From: a virus
Taxonomy: Duplodnaviria > Caudoviricetes
Strand: one strand, 5' to 3'
IMG/VR virus record: IMGVR_UViG_3300017784_003193
Span: 1-29,091 of that record
Length of the DNA: 29,091 bases
A program made the position numbers and the translations under genes. The notes under the pieces were generated by a model. The model was not told the origin of the DNA and searched no databases. It was given only the letters and a program-made list of their open reading frames with translations. Below are positions 9,972 through 18,812 of the stretch, one piece after another. Each line of letters starts with the position of its first letter. Within the stretch, counting starts at the first letter, position 1.

Positions 9972-10207
9972 AAAACATACTAACATACACCCGCGAAAAG
10001 ATTAAAGACTTAATAGCGGAGGGACTAGCACGCCCAGAAGAATTGAAACATTACGACATCTGCAAGGAGATAGGAAAGAAAACACAAAGCCGTATTGCTA
10101 GTGATTATGGCTATGAAGAAACAAAAACTATCCGCTATATAAATAAAACAAAATGCCCTGAATGTCACTTCCCGATGGGCAACCCAAAACAAAATATTTT
10201 AAAGTAG
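9968..10207 (+). CDS. small HTH-like protein with C-terminal CxxC, putative late transcription regulator
   Basis: TQSRIASDYGYEETKTIRYI resembles a helix-turn-helix; CPEC; ends just before the capsid promoter. Confidence 0.45.
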   Translation: MKNILTYTREKIKDLIAEGLARPEELKHYDICKEIGKKTQSRIASDYGYEETKTIRYINKTKCPECHFPMGNPKQNILK

Positions 10208-10216
10208 GTTAACTAT

Positions 10217-10253
10217 TTGACCTATTTAGGCCGAAATCATATATATAATTTTG
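10217..10253 (+). promoter_or_regulatory. late promoter: TTGACCTAtTTAGG box plus -7 box TAATTTTG
   Basis: TAnnTTTG at 10246-10253; 28/37 ungapped identity to 22407-22443. Confidence 0.75.
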
Positions 10254-10257
10254 ATAT

Positions 10258-12516
10258 ATGATTGAAGGGCACATCTACACCGAAGGCAGAATCACAAAAG
10301 ATTATCCAGCGCAAATCAAGGCGCAGATTCAGGCACTCGATCCTAATTGCACCAAAGTTATCCATCATATTCAGTCACCAGGCGGTGATTGTTACGCGGC
10401 ATTTAATGGCTACCATGAGTTAATGAAAATAGGTAAGCCTATTAAATCCATTATCGAAGGTGAGGCGCAAAGCATGGCTACATTTTTAGCTATCGCCCCT
10501 GCCAATGAAGTTCAGATTTTAGATCCATCTACTTTCATGATACATGAACCGTTTTTCCCTGAGGGGGTAGCGGGAACGGTGGACGAACTTAATTCAGCCA
10601 AAGAAGAACTTGAGCAGATAAGAAATGCAATGGCAGAAGCCTACGCAAAGAAAACAGGCCAGACCAAAGAGGTCATGTTGGGTTTGATGAAGAAGACAAC
10701 ACGCATGGATGCGAAGATGGCACTCTCTCAAGGATTTGTGGACTTGGTGATAGAACCTTCACGCATTGCGGGGCTAGCTGATTTTGTAAACGAAATAAAA
10801 GAATTAAAAACTGATATTATGAACCTATTCAAAAGACGTGCGGTAGCAGAGGCCACCGCTTTAGACTTGCCTCTAAAAGATGGTAAGATGATAACCGTAC
10901 AAACAGAAAACGGTGACATAGTAAACAAGCCTGCCACCGTTGACGGACTTCCCGCAGAAGGAACTTTTGATCTTTCAGACGGTCGTCAGATCACTTGTGC
11001 GGCCGGAATGGTTACCGCAGTAAAAGAGGCGCCAATGCCAGAGGAGAACGCACAACAAAAACTTCAAACACAGCTTCAGGCTTTGCAGTCGCAAATCGCA
11101 GGAATTAAAGCCGCCGAGGACGCAAAAGTAAAAGCCGCAGAAGATGCCGCCAAGATTGCAGCCGAACAGGCCGCGAAAGATGCGCAGGTGAAAGCATTGG
11201 AAGAAGCTAACAAAGCGGTAGCAGACCTGGCCGCCAAAGTAAAAGAACTAGAAAGTAAACCCGTAGGAAACCAAGATAAACCATCAGAAGGTATGAACAC
11301 ATCCAAAAGCCCATTTGCAATTGGCTCACAGCAGCAAAAAGATTATGACATGGGAATCCGTGCCAGCCGTTCGTTTATAGCTGAACACTTTCCGCATTGG
11401 AAAGATCAGTTTTATGTAAACGGTAAATTCAGAGACGGGAAGAAATTCTCCGACTATGAGCGTGGCGGTCCAGAGGCCGTATCACTTTTGGAAACAAACT
11501 TGAACTACACTTGGAACGGTACTCTTGACATCAAGAAACTGTTTTATACTCCGAGCCTTTCAAGCCCTGCCCTCAGTGATCTTTTTATGATTGACACAGG
11601 CTCAGCCAACAACAAACGCTACACGATCATCCCTTCAATGGATAACGTGCAGAAACCTTACACTGGTTGCGATCAGGCAGTTACGGGAACGTCTGTAAAT
11701 ATTACGAGCAAGAATATACAGCTCAAGAATTTTCAAGTTTATGAAAAATTCTGTAAAGACGATTTCACAGATTCCTTAACAGGGGTTTACAATGTTTATG
11801 CTCAGGAGTGGTTAAAGTCAGGTAACGAATCTTTCGACCCTGCCGGAACGCCAATCCATACTATCATCATGGAACTTTTGAAAGACGCCATCCGCAGATC
11901 AATATTCCGCAGGGCTTCTTTTGGAGATACCGGTTCATCAAGTTTGAACTACAACCAGATTGACGGGTTGATCACAACCCTTATCGACCAGTCAGGAGCA
12001 TCCAACTATTGTGTGTACCGTCAAGGTGCAGCACTTGGAGTCGGCACACTTGCAGCGGATACCGCAGCCACTTACTTCTTGGGCCAGTACAACAACAGCA
12101 ACGTACTTTTGAAAGAGCATGTAATTGACTCAGGCAAAGGAGCGTTCTTCGTGACTCGTTCAATGTGGGAAAATTACTACACTACTTTAGTGGGCACAGG
12201 AGCGGTAACCGAACAAGCTTACAACGACTATAAGAAAGGAGTTAAGACCCTTGAGTTTAGAGGCATACCGGTTAAGCCGATCACGATCTGGGACGCATTC
12301 TTAGCTGAATCTACAAACCCTTTAACAGCCACAACCCGTCACATCTCTTTGTTGACTTCTACCGATAACCATATTTTAGGAGTTCAGGACACAGCAGACA
12401 TGACCAACATTAAAAGCTGGTTTGAAGAAAAAGACAACGCTAGATACTACCGTAACAACATGACCTACGGGGTACTTGGTGCAATCAATTGCGATTTGAC
12501 TACAATCTCTTACTAA
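10258..12516 (+). CDS. ClpP-type (S14) prohead protease-scaffold-major capsid protein fusion
   Basis: N-terminal IQSPGG, AQSMA (Ser), FMIHEP (His), ALSQGFVD; central A/K/E coiled coil; C-terminal ~340 aa capsid-like domain (FCKDDF, YNQIDG, FRGIPV). Confidence 0.85.
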   Translation: MIEGHIYTEGRITKDYPAQIKAQIQALDPNCTKVIHHIQSPGGDCYAAFNGYHELMKIGKPIKSIIEGEAQSMATFLAIAPANEVQILDPSTFMIHEPFFPEGVAGTVDELNSAKEELEQIRNAMAEAYAKKTGQTKEVMLGLMKKTTRMDAKMALSQGFVDLVIEPSRIAGLADFVNEIKELKTDIMNLFKRRAVAEATALDLPLKDGKMITVQTENGDIVNKPATVDGLPAEGTFDLSDGRQITCAAGMVTAVKEAPMPEENAQQKLQTQLQALQSQIAGIKAAEDAKVKAAEDAAKIAAEQAAKDAQVKALEEANKAVADLAAKVKELESKPVGNQDKPSEGMNTSKSPFAIGSQQQKDYDMGIRASRSFIAEHFPHWKDQFYVNGKFRDGKKFSDYERGGPEAVSLLETNLNYTWNGTLDIKKLFYTPSLSSPALSDLFMIDTGSANNKRYTIIPSMDNVQKPYTGCDQAVTGTSVNITSKNIQLKNFQVYEKFCKDDFTDSLTGVYNVYAQEWLKSGNESFDPAGTPIHTIIMELLKDAIRRSIFRRASFGDTGSSSLNYNQIDGLITTLIDQSGASNYCVYRQGAALGVGTLAADTAATYFLGQYNNSNVLLKEHVIDSGKGAFFVTRSMWENYYTTLVGTGAVTEQAYNDYKKGVKTLEFRGIPVKPITIWDAFLAESTNPLTATTRHISLLTSTDNHILGVQDTADMTNIKSWFEEKDNARYYRNNMTYGVLGAINCDLTTISY

Positions 12517-12522
12517 AAAAAA

Positions 12523-13080
12523 ATGGCAAACTGTAGAGTAGTAAACGGCATAAATAATGTTTGCGGTGACTTACTGCAAGCATCAGGAGCGGACAAAGAC
12601 TTCTACGTTGGCTACTGTTCTGATTTGAGTGTAAGATTCTCACTACTTCAGACCGGCCCAATAACCTCCATTCAATTCACTCCATACTTTGGACTAGTGA
12701 AATTTGAGGGGCAGAAGTTCGCGCACAAGTTCGATTCAGAAGGTGCAGTAGCACCAGGTGGAAGTGTTTCAATACTTCATAAAGCGATGATAAAACTAAT
12801 GACACTATCCACGCAGGACGATCTCGAAGTACAGAGGTTGATGCAGGCTACGGACATGTTTATAGTTGCAGCTGATAACAACGAGGTGTTTAAAATTTAC
12901 GCACCTTCAAAAGGATTCCAATATGTAGCGGGACCATTGCAGACAACGGGGCAGGCAGCAGGCGAAGATGTTTCCAACACGTTAAATTTCTTAGGGCACG
13001 AAAAAGTTAAGCCTTTGATTTTTAACACGGGAGGAACCTACGCGGCAAACATAAGCTACCTTGACGGTCTGATTAGGTAA
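12523..13080 (+). CDS. major tail (tube) protein, putative
   Basis: 185 aa following the capsid; MANC..GI...C...SG N-terminus, DNN and TGQAAGE motifs seen in Bacteroidota siphovirus tail tube proteins. Confidence 0.65.
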   Translation: MANCRVVNGINNVCGDLLQASGADKDFYVGYCSDLSVRFSLLQTGPITSIQFTPYFGLVKFEGQKFAHKFDSEGAVAPGGSVSILHKAMIKLMTLSTQDDLEVQRLMQATDMFIVAADNNEVFKIYAPSKGFQYVAGPLQTTGQAAGEDVSNTLNFLGHEKVKPLIFNTGGTYAANISYLDGLIR

Positions 13081-13097
13081 TTACGCAGAAATTGTTA

Positions 13098-13105
13098 TAC
13101 CTTTG
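13098..13105 (+). promoter_or_regulatory. Bacteroidota -7 promoter box TACCTTTG
   Basis: exact TAnnTTTG match in an intergenic region. Confidence 0.6.
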
Positions 13106-13143
13106 TATTGCGCGCCCGTAGTGGCGATTCTAAGACTTAGGAG

Positions 13144-13183
13144 AACCCCGACAGATTCAAACCCTGATCGGGGTTTTGATTTT
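13144..13183 (+). terminator. intrinsic terminator-like hairpin
   Basis: AACCCCGA (13144-13151) pairs with TCGGGGTT (13168-13175), inner CAG/CTG pairing, followed by TTGATTTT. Confidence 0.7.
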
Positions 13184-13209
13184 ACAAAAACTTTTTTACC
13201 TTTACCTAC

Positions 13210-13329
13210 ATGATGGTTGAGCTAGTCATCCGTGTAGTGGCGGTTGTTTGTGAAGTTGGTTTTGTTTTAATGTACCCACATGGGGGAGGCGCTCAACCGC
13301 TGAACCCAGGTGGGTATTTTATTTTATGA
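13210..13329 (+). CDS. possible 39-aa Val-rich leader peptide
   Basis: MMVELVIRVVAVVCEVGFVLMYPHGGGAQPLNPGGYFIL; its TGA overlaps the ATG at 13326. Confidence 0.3.
   Translation: MMVELVIRVVAVVCEVGFVLMYPHGGGAQPLNPGGYFIL
13273..13325 (+). terminator. second terminator-like hairpin, directly before the glycan island
   Basis: TACCCAC-a-TGGG (13273-13284) pairs with CCCA-g-GTGGGTA (13305-13316), followed by TTTTATTTT. Confidence 0.6.
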
Positions 13330-13517
13330 AGATACACGAAATGAACCGCGAGGAGTTACGTGACCACATGAGGGCATCACGGCTACTTAATAGATTCGAT
13401 TCAGAAGCTCAGGAATGGAAGCACGCTTTTAAATTGGCGAAGGCCGCCGGCATGGAGAGCATGGACTTAGCTTGTACCAGTTGCGTAAGAAAAGTAAAGG
13501 AATGGCTGGAACGTTAG
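13326..13517 (+). CDS. small hypothetical protein with CxxC
   Basis: 63 aa with CTSCVRKV; overlaps the next gene. Confidence 0.6.
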   Translation: MKIHEMNREELRDHMRASRLLNRFDSEAQEWKHAFKLAKAAGMESMDLACTSCVRKVKEWLER

Positions 13518-14185
13518 ACTTTATACAGATTCTTTACAATGAAAACCAAAGGGAAGAACTATACCCATTTGCAAAAGGATATTTTAATTGTGGCCTTACA
13601 CCTTACTTTGAGAATCAGGTAATAGCCGGCATAGTTCCAACACTTGACGCTGATTATATTTCTATTGCTTCCTGGAGACTAAGAAAGAAAAGAGCAGGAG
13701 CCATGCACTTTTTAGGGGGGTTTAATAAAGACGAGTTTACACTTGAAAAGATTGAGGCAGCAATGCCGTTCGATGTTGCTGTTTTAACTCCACACAGCCC
13801 CGCACACCAACCTTTAACGATGGCGGTGAACTGGCATGGCAAAGCGTGGAAAGATGCCTACGAGGCTTTTAAACCGTTTCTTCGTAAATTTGGTAAGGTT
13901 CCAGAGGAGTTAAAATATTCTATTTACGAGAATCATTTTATAGCAAGGCGGGAGATTTACCATGAATACGTTTCTACTTATCTTCTTCCTGCTATTGAGT
14001 TCATTGGCGATAACCCTGTGTATTTTGTGGATTCGCTTTATGTTCCGAAGAAGAAAGATCAGGCGGAAATTCAGAGAGTTCAAAAACTTTTGAAGGCTAA
14101 TGACTGGCCGATACTTCCGTTTTTACTTGAGAGGTTATTCAGTTTTTATATTAACGATAAAGGATTTAACGTGATAAAATTATAA
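13502..14185 (+). CDS. putative glycosyltransferase-like protein (DUF4422-like)
   Basis: ATG start at 13502 preferred over the track's 13472; DYISIASWR, NHFIARREIYHEY, and PFLLERLFS motifs; glycan cluster context. Confidence 0.5.
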   Translation: MAGTLDFIQILYNENQREELYPFAKGYFNCGLTPYFENQVIAGIVPTLDADYISIASWRLRKKRAGAMHFLGGFNKDEFTLEKIEAAMPFDVAVLTPHSPAHQPLTMAVNWHGKAWKDAYEAFKPFLRKFGKVPEELKYSIYENHFIARREIYHEYVSTYLLPAIEFIGDNPVYFVDSLYVPKKKDQAEIQRVQKLLKANDWPILPFLLERLFSFYINDKGFNVIKL

Positions 14186-15009
14186 TGGTAGTAACTAAGC
14201 ACATAGGCCGGCTTTGTAATTCAATGTTTCAAATAGCGACCTCCATAGGTTACGCTAGAAAGTACGGTTACCAATGGGCGGCAGACACTGGCTCAGGGGT
14301 AAGCGATCCTTATTCAGCTATTCACAAAGTTTATCCAAACCTACCGAAAGAAAACTGGGGGGCTGGCAGTAGGTATCAGGAACACCCAAACGAATTTTGC
14401 GAGATTCACGGAGTGCATAAAAATCAATGCCATTTCGACTATCACCCTATCCCTGATCTTGGTGGACGGGTTTCTATGATGGGATTCTTTCAGAGTTACA
14501 AATATTTCGAAGGTCAGGACGAGGAGATAAAAAAAGTCTTTGCTTTGCCTCACGTTGACGGCTACGAGGACTATGTTTCTATCCATGTAAGGCGAGGCGA
14601 TTACGTACAGCACGCGGGGAGTTTTCCGCCTGTGGATGAGAAGTATTTAGATACTGCATTAGATGAAATGTCACAACGACTCGAAACAAAGCACATGAAG
14701 ATAATGTGGTTTTCAGATGACATTGAATGGTGTAAAAAAACAAGTAAGAATATACAAGGGGAATATAAAGAATTGCATGAATTTTCCGAGGGCCGCAACG
14801 AATACCACGACCTTTCCTTGATGGCTTCGTGCGGGCATCATATAATCGCTAACTCTACATTTTCTTGGTGGGCGAGTTATTTAGGACACAACCCTGACAA
14901 GATAACAGTTTGCCCTTCTGCGGCTACTTGGTTCGGCCCCACGGCAGGCGTCAAAAAACCCGTAGTTGATTTAATACCCCCTCATTGGATACAAATAGCT
15001 ACAAGATGA
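14185..15009 (+). CDS. glycosyltransferase family 11 (alpha-1,2-fucosyltransferase-like)
   Basis: GRLCNSMFQ, GFFQSYKYF, SIHVRRGDY, FSDDIEWCK, HIIANSTFSWW motifs. Confidence 0.92.
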   Translation: MVVTKHIGRLCNSMFQIATSIGYARKYGYQWAADTGSGVSDPYSAIHKVYPNLPKENWGAGSRYQEHPNEFCEIHGVHKNQCHFDYHPIPDLGGRVSMMGFFQSYKYFEGQDEEIKKVFALPHVDGYEDYVSIHVRRGDYVQHAGSFPPVDEKYLDTALDEMSQRLETKHMKIMWFSDDIEWCKKTSKNIQGEYKELHEFSEGRNEYHDLSLMASCGHHIIANSTFSWWASYLGHNPDKITVCPSAATWFGPTAGVKKPVVDLIPPHWIQIATR

Positions 15010-15698
15010 CAGCAGCCTTCACAAACTACAACCGCACTGATTTACTTTTCGAAGCTATCGCCCCCTTCCTTGCGGACGAACGGATAACCGAGATCGTAAT
15101 AAGTGACGATCAATCAAGCGATGACGTTTATCAAACCGTTCTTTGGAAATACAACGGAGTCGACAAAGTAAAGATTTACCGGAATGAAACTAACTTAGAT
15201 TGTTACAAGAATAAGCGGCAGGCCGTATCGCTGGCGACAAATGAGTGGGTGTTATTGCTTGATAGCGATAATATTTTTTCACCCGAATTTATCGAGACTA
15301 TTTTCAGTCAGCAGCCATTTAACAAAACGTGGGCTTACGCTCCTGAGTGGGCGCGACCTCATTTTAATTTCAGGGCAATAGCAGGAACAGGAATAAGTAA
15401 AAACAATGTAGCTTCAATACTTCCTAATGGCAGTTGTTCTACCATGTTAAACGCTATGAACTACCTTGTAAACCGTGACGAGTTTTTAAGGGTTTGGGAT
15501 GGTTCGGTAGACCCCGTAACCTCAGATAGTTTATTTCAGAACTACAACTGGCTGAAAGGTGGGAATACTATTTATGTGGTTCCCGAACTGCAGTACGATC
15601 ACAGGGTACACGATGGCAGCCACTACCAAAAGAATGTAAGACGGACGCCTTCGGGCTTTCACGATTCAATTATTGAGAAACTAAAAAACATGAAATGA
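15006..15698 (+). CDS. glycosyltransferase family 2
   Basis: start at ATGA 15006; TNYNR, EIVISDDQSSD, EWVLLLDSD (DxD). Confidence 0.88.
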   Translation: MTAAFTNYNRTDLLFEAIAPFLADERITEIVISDDQSSDDVYQTVLWKYNGVDKVKIYRNETNLDCYKNKRQAVSLATNEWVLLLDSDNIFSPEFIETIFSQQPFNKTWAYAPEWARPHFNFRAIAGTGISKNNVASILPNGSCSTMLNAMNYLVNRDEFLRVWDGSVDPVTSDSLFQNYNWLKGGNTIYVVPELQYDHRVHDGSHYQKNVRRTPSGFHDSIIEKLKNMK

Positions 15699-15871
15699 TA
15701 GAATACATCTATTTAATAGGTGGGCTAACTTACTTCTTTTTCTTCTATCGCTATTTATATAAATGGGGTAAAAGAATTGAGGAACGGAGAAGAATATTAA
15801 ACGAAAGGATAAAAAATAATCGGCAACATGAAAACAGCTTTAGTATTAGGCGCGGGGGGGTTCATAGGTAG
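15695..15871 (+). CDS. 58-aa small membrane protein (not in ORF track)
   Basis: MIEYIYLIGGLTYFFFFYRYLYKW followed by an R/K-rich tail; ATGA-coupled to the GT2 stop. Confidence 0.5.
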   Translation: MIEYIYLIGGLTYFFFFYRYLYKWGKRIEERRRILNERIKNNRQHENSFSIRRGGVHR

Positions 15872-16838
15872 TCACCTTGTCAACCGTTTAAAGTCGGAAG
15901 GCTACTGGGTGCGCGGTGTAGACTTGAAACATCCTGAATACTCAGAAAGTCAAGCGGACGAAATGCTTATCTATGATTTACGCGATCCGCGAAACGTGGA
16001 GGCGGTGATGAGATTGGATTTTTATAATACATTTTCATATCTCGGTGTTCCATTTCAAAAAACAAAACCTTTCGATGAAGTCTACCAACTTGCTGCAGAC
16101 ATGGGTGGGGCTGGCTTTGTTTTCACGGGTGAACATGACGCGGATATAATGCACAATTCAGCCTTGATAAATCTAAACGTTTGCGACTATGTCGATAAGA
16201 AAAGCAAAGTATTTTATTCTTCGTCAGCTTGTATGTATCCGCAGGAACTACAAAACGAATTTGATAACAAGGGGTTAAGAGAATCAGACGCTTACCCGGG
16301 AAACCCTGACAGCGAATACGGATGGGAAAAACTTTTTAGCGAGCGATTATTTTTAGCGTATGCCAGAAACTACGGTTTGGACGTACGCATCGCTCGCTTT
16401 CATAACATCTACGGGCCGGAAGGAACGTACAAAGGAGGGAGGGAAAAGGCACCGGCCGCAATGTGTAGAAAGGTAATTGAAAGAGACGGTGACACTATCG
16501 AAGTTTGGGGAACGGGCCACCAGACACGTTCATTCCTTTACATAGACGATTGCATTGACGCGATTAGGCTTTTGATGCAGTCAGAATTTAAAGACCCCAT
16601 AAACATCGGTAGCGAGGAAATGGTAACTATTAATCAGCTGGCACAAATGGCGATTGACTTGTCAGGTCATAAAATCCATATTAAAAACGTTCAATCGAAC
16701 GCGGTAGGGGTGATGGGTAGAAATTCAAATAATGAATTGATCGAAAAGGAACTAGGATGGAAGCCTAAGTTTACTTTGCATGAAGGATTAGAAAAAACTT
16801 TTTGGTGGATTAAAAGCCAGTACAATGACGGGAATTAG
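15828..16838 (+). CDS. GDP-mannose 3,5-epimerase-like extended SDR (NAD-dependent epimerase)
   Basis: GAGGFIG, LAADMGG, SSACMYP (catalytic Cys), YGWEK (YxxxK), RFHNIYGP, GGREKAPAA (catalytic Lys), QTRSF, GV.GRNS: the GME motif set. Confidence 0.9.
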   Translation: MKTALVLGAGGFIGSHLVNRLKSEGYWVRGVDLKHPEYSESQADEMLIYDLRDPRNVEAVMRLDFYNTFSYLGVPFQKTKPFDEVYQLAADMGGAGFVFTGEHDADIMHNSALINLNVCDYVDKKSKVFYSSSACMYPQELQNEFDNKGLRESDAYPGNPDSEYGWEKLFSERLFLAYARNYGLDVRIARFHNIYGPEGTYKGGREKAPAAMCRKVIERDGDTIEVWGTGHQTRSFLYIDDCIDAIRLLMQSEFKDPINIGSEEMVTINQLAQMAIDLSGHKIHIKNVQSNAVGVMGRNSNNELIEKELGWKPKFTLHEGLEKTFWWIKSQYNDGN

Positions 16839-18027
16839 CGACAACGAAACCAAAGCAGTTTTAGAACTACGCAACCGCTTTTCAAGTGACCCCATAGTTT
16901 TTGACGTGGGAAGTAATAAAGGCGGATGGTCTGATATTCTTATTCAGAACGTCAAGGAAATGCACCTATTCGAGCCTAACCATAGACTACTGACTTACAC
17001 TCAGGTAAAATATGACAGCCTTAAAAACGTAATTTACAACGAGGTAGCAGTAAGCGATAAAGTAGGAAGTACCTTGTTTACTGTTTTCTACAACGAAAAC
17101 AACGGGCTTTCAAACATCATTCAAAATCCTAAGTGGGATTACTTGCCAGGGGTGATTGATAAAGTTGAAACAAACACACTTGATGAATATTGGATTTATC
17201 GTCATAAATTAATTGACTTTGTAAAAATTGACGTGGAGGGCGCAGAGGGTTTGGTGTTAAAGGGAATGGAAAATATACTTACTAACAAATTAGTAAAATT
17301 CATTCAGGTAGAATATTCCGAACACTACCAAGTAACGGGCGTAACTTTCAAAGACATTATCAAATACCTTGAGGGGTTCGGATACTTTGGATATTCTTAT
17401 GAAGATGGATTCAAAAGAATAGATTCAGCAACTTTTGTAGAGGACGGCAGGCTTGAAAACTTTTGGTTCATGGTAGAATATACACAGGATTGGAACAGCG
17501 AATTTAAGAAGAACACCAAATATATAAAGGTTGAATTAGCCTTAGAGGTAGGATGCTTTGAGGGGTTGACTACAAACTATATTTGTGATAACCTTTTAAA
17601 AGAAGGCGGGCGGATTATTTGTGTTGACCCTCTCACGGACGAGTACTTACCAGGTCACAAGGATAACGAAATGTTTGTAGGTCAGTACGAGAGATTTATA
17701 AGGAACACCGCAGGCCGACCCGTTCAGCTTATCAGAATGAAAAGCAAAGACGCTTATTCTAATCAGGATTACCCGTTAAAAGATTTTAGGTTTGGACTTA
17801 TTTATATTGACGGAGATCATACCGAGGACGGAGTTTATAACGATGCGGTACAGTACTGGAATCTGTTGCTAGACAGTCCGAGGGGCGCGGGTGGCTATAT
17901 GCTATTCGATGACTACGGCCAGAGCGAAGAAACAGCGCGCGGCATTGATCGATTCCTTGAAACGCAGAAAGGAAATTTTGATTTATTGGTAAAAGATTAT
18001 CAGGTTTTAATTAGACGCAAGTGGTAG
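16825..18027 (+). CDS. two-domain SAM methyltransferase (FkbM/Methyltransf_21 plus Methyltransf_24-like)
   Basis: FDVGSNKG, FEP, KIDVEGAE in the N-terminal half; LEVGCFEG, IYIDGDH, GGYMLFDDY in the C-terminal half. Confidence 0.88.
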   Translation: MTGISDNETKAVLELRNRFSSDPIVFDVGSNKGGWSDILIQNVKEMHLFEPNHRLLTYTQVKYDSLKNVIYNEVAVSDKVGSTLFTVFYNENNGLSNIIQNPKWDYLPGVIDKVETNTLDEYWIYRHKLIDFVKIDVEGAEGLVLKGMENILTNKLVKFIQVEYSEHYQVTGVTFKDIIKYLEGFGYFGYSYEDGFKRIDSATFVEDGRLENFWFMVEYTQDWNSEFKKNTKYIKVELALEVGCFEGLTTNYICDNLLKEGGRIICVDPLTDEYLPGHKDNEMFVGQYERFIRNTAGRPVQLIRMKSKDAYSNQDYPLKDFRFGLIYIDGDHTEDGVYNDAVQYWNLLLDSPRGAGGYMLFDDYGQSEETARGIDRFLETQKGNFDLLVKDYQVLIRRKW

Positions 18028-18812
18028 AAAATTTATACGCTTCATTTGTTAATCTGGATTCACGCGGTGACAGGCTAACACACATGACCAATCAACTTTC
18101 AAAAGTTAATTTACAGGTAGAAAGGACACGCGGCATCCCGTGGAAGGAAGTATTAATAAACCATCCCGAAAGAGCTAACGATGTAACTGTTATGCTGAAT
18201 AGAACACCGGGGGCAATAGGTTGTTTCTTTTCTCAAATGTCTGTAATGGAGGAAGCACTAAAGCAAGGCAAGCACGCTCTGGTAATGGAAGATGATTTGC
18301 ATTTTTGTAGCGACTTTGATAAGCGCATGGATTATATAGACAAGTGGACGGAGGCGCATGAGTGGGATATAATCTGGCTAGGCGGTACGTTCCACACTCC
18401 CGCGTTCTGGCATAAGATAGGCCAAAGCGGAATGCCGCCTGATTGCAGCGCACAACTTGGAAAGGATTGCGAGGCCACAGACGATCCGCGAATGATAAGG
18501 ACCTACGCTTCTTTTTGTACTTATGCGTACATTGTAAATATTAAAAGCATAGAGAAAGTTTTGGGTTTATTAAACTCAACCATGCATAAGTCAATCGGGA
18601 TTGATTACAGTATGATATTTTTAAGTCCTAACTTATTGACGTTTGCTTTCGTTCCGGGTTGTGTAAAACAGATTGACAATATTTCAGACATTGGTACAGG
18701 CATGACGGTGTTTAGTGGGTTTGCAAGATTAAACGGCACAGAAGAAAACTCAAGATACTGGTATCAGGAAAAGATGGAAGATTTTAACCCCGAAACTTTT
18801 AAATGGATATAG
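18021..18812 (+). CDS. glycosyltransferase family 25
   Basis: VNLDSRGDR, PGAIGCFFSQ, ALVMEDD, WDIIWLG, TYAYIVN motifs; GTG start. Confidence 0.85.
   Translation: MVENLYASFVNLDSRGDRLTHMTNQLSKVNLQVERTRGIPWKEVLINHPERANDVTVMLNRTPGAIGCFFSQMSVMEEALKQGKHALVMEDDLHFCSDFDKRMDYIDKWTEAHEWDIIWLGGTFHTPAFWHKIGQSGMPPDCSAQLGKDCEATDDPRMIRTYASFCTYAYIVNIKSIEKVLGLLNSTMHKSIGIDYSMIFLSPNLLTFAFVPGCVKQIDNISDIGTGMTVFSGFARLNGTEENSRYWYQEKMEDFNPETFKWI

Noticed and set aside
12515-12523. Poly-A run between the capsid and major tail genes as a recoding site
   Set aside because: It begins within the stop codon and matches the A-rich initiation context usual in Bacteroidota.
13081-13325. tRNA, CRISPR array or known riboswitch in the intergenic region
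   Set aside because: No cloverleaf; only two copies of a 9-mer with no repeat-spacer periodicity; no riboswitch consensus I can recognise.
15854-15860. G7 tract in the epimerase as a phase-variation switch
   Set aside because: It is short and explained by the Ala-Gly-Gly codons of the NAD-binding GAGGFIG motif; the frame is intact.
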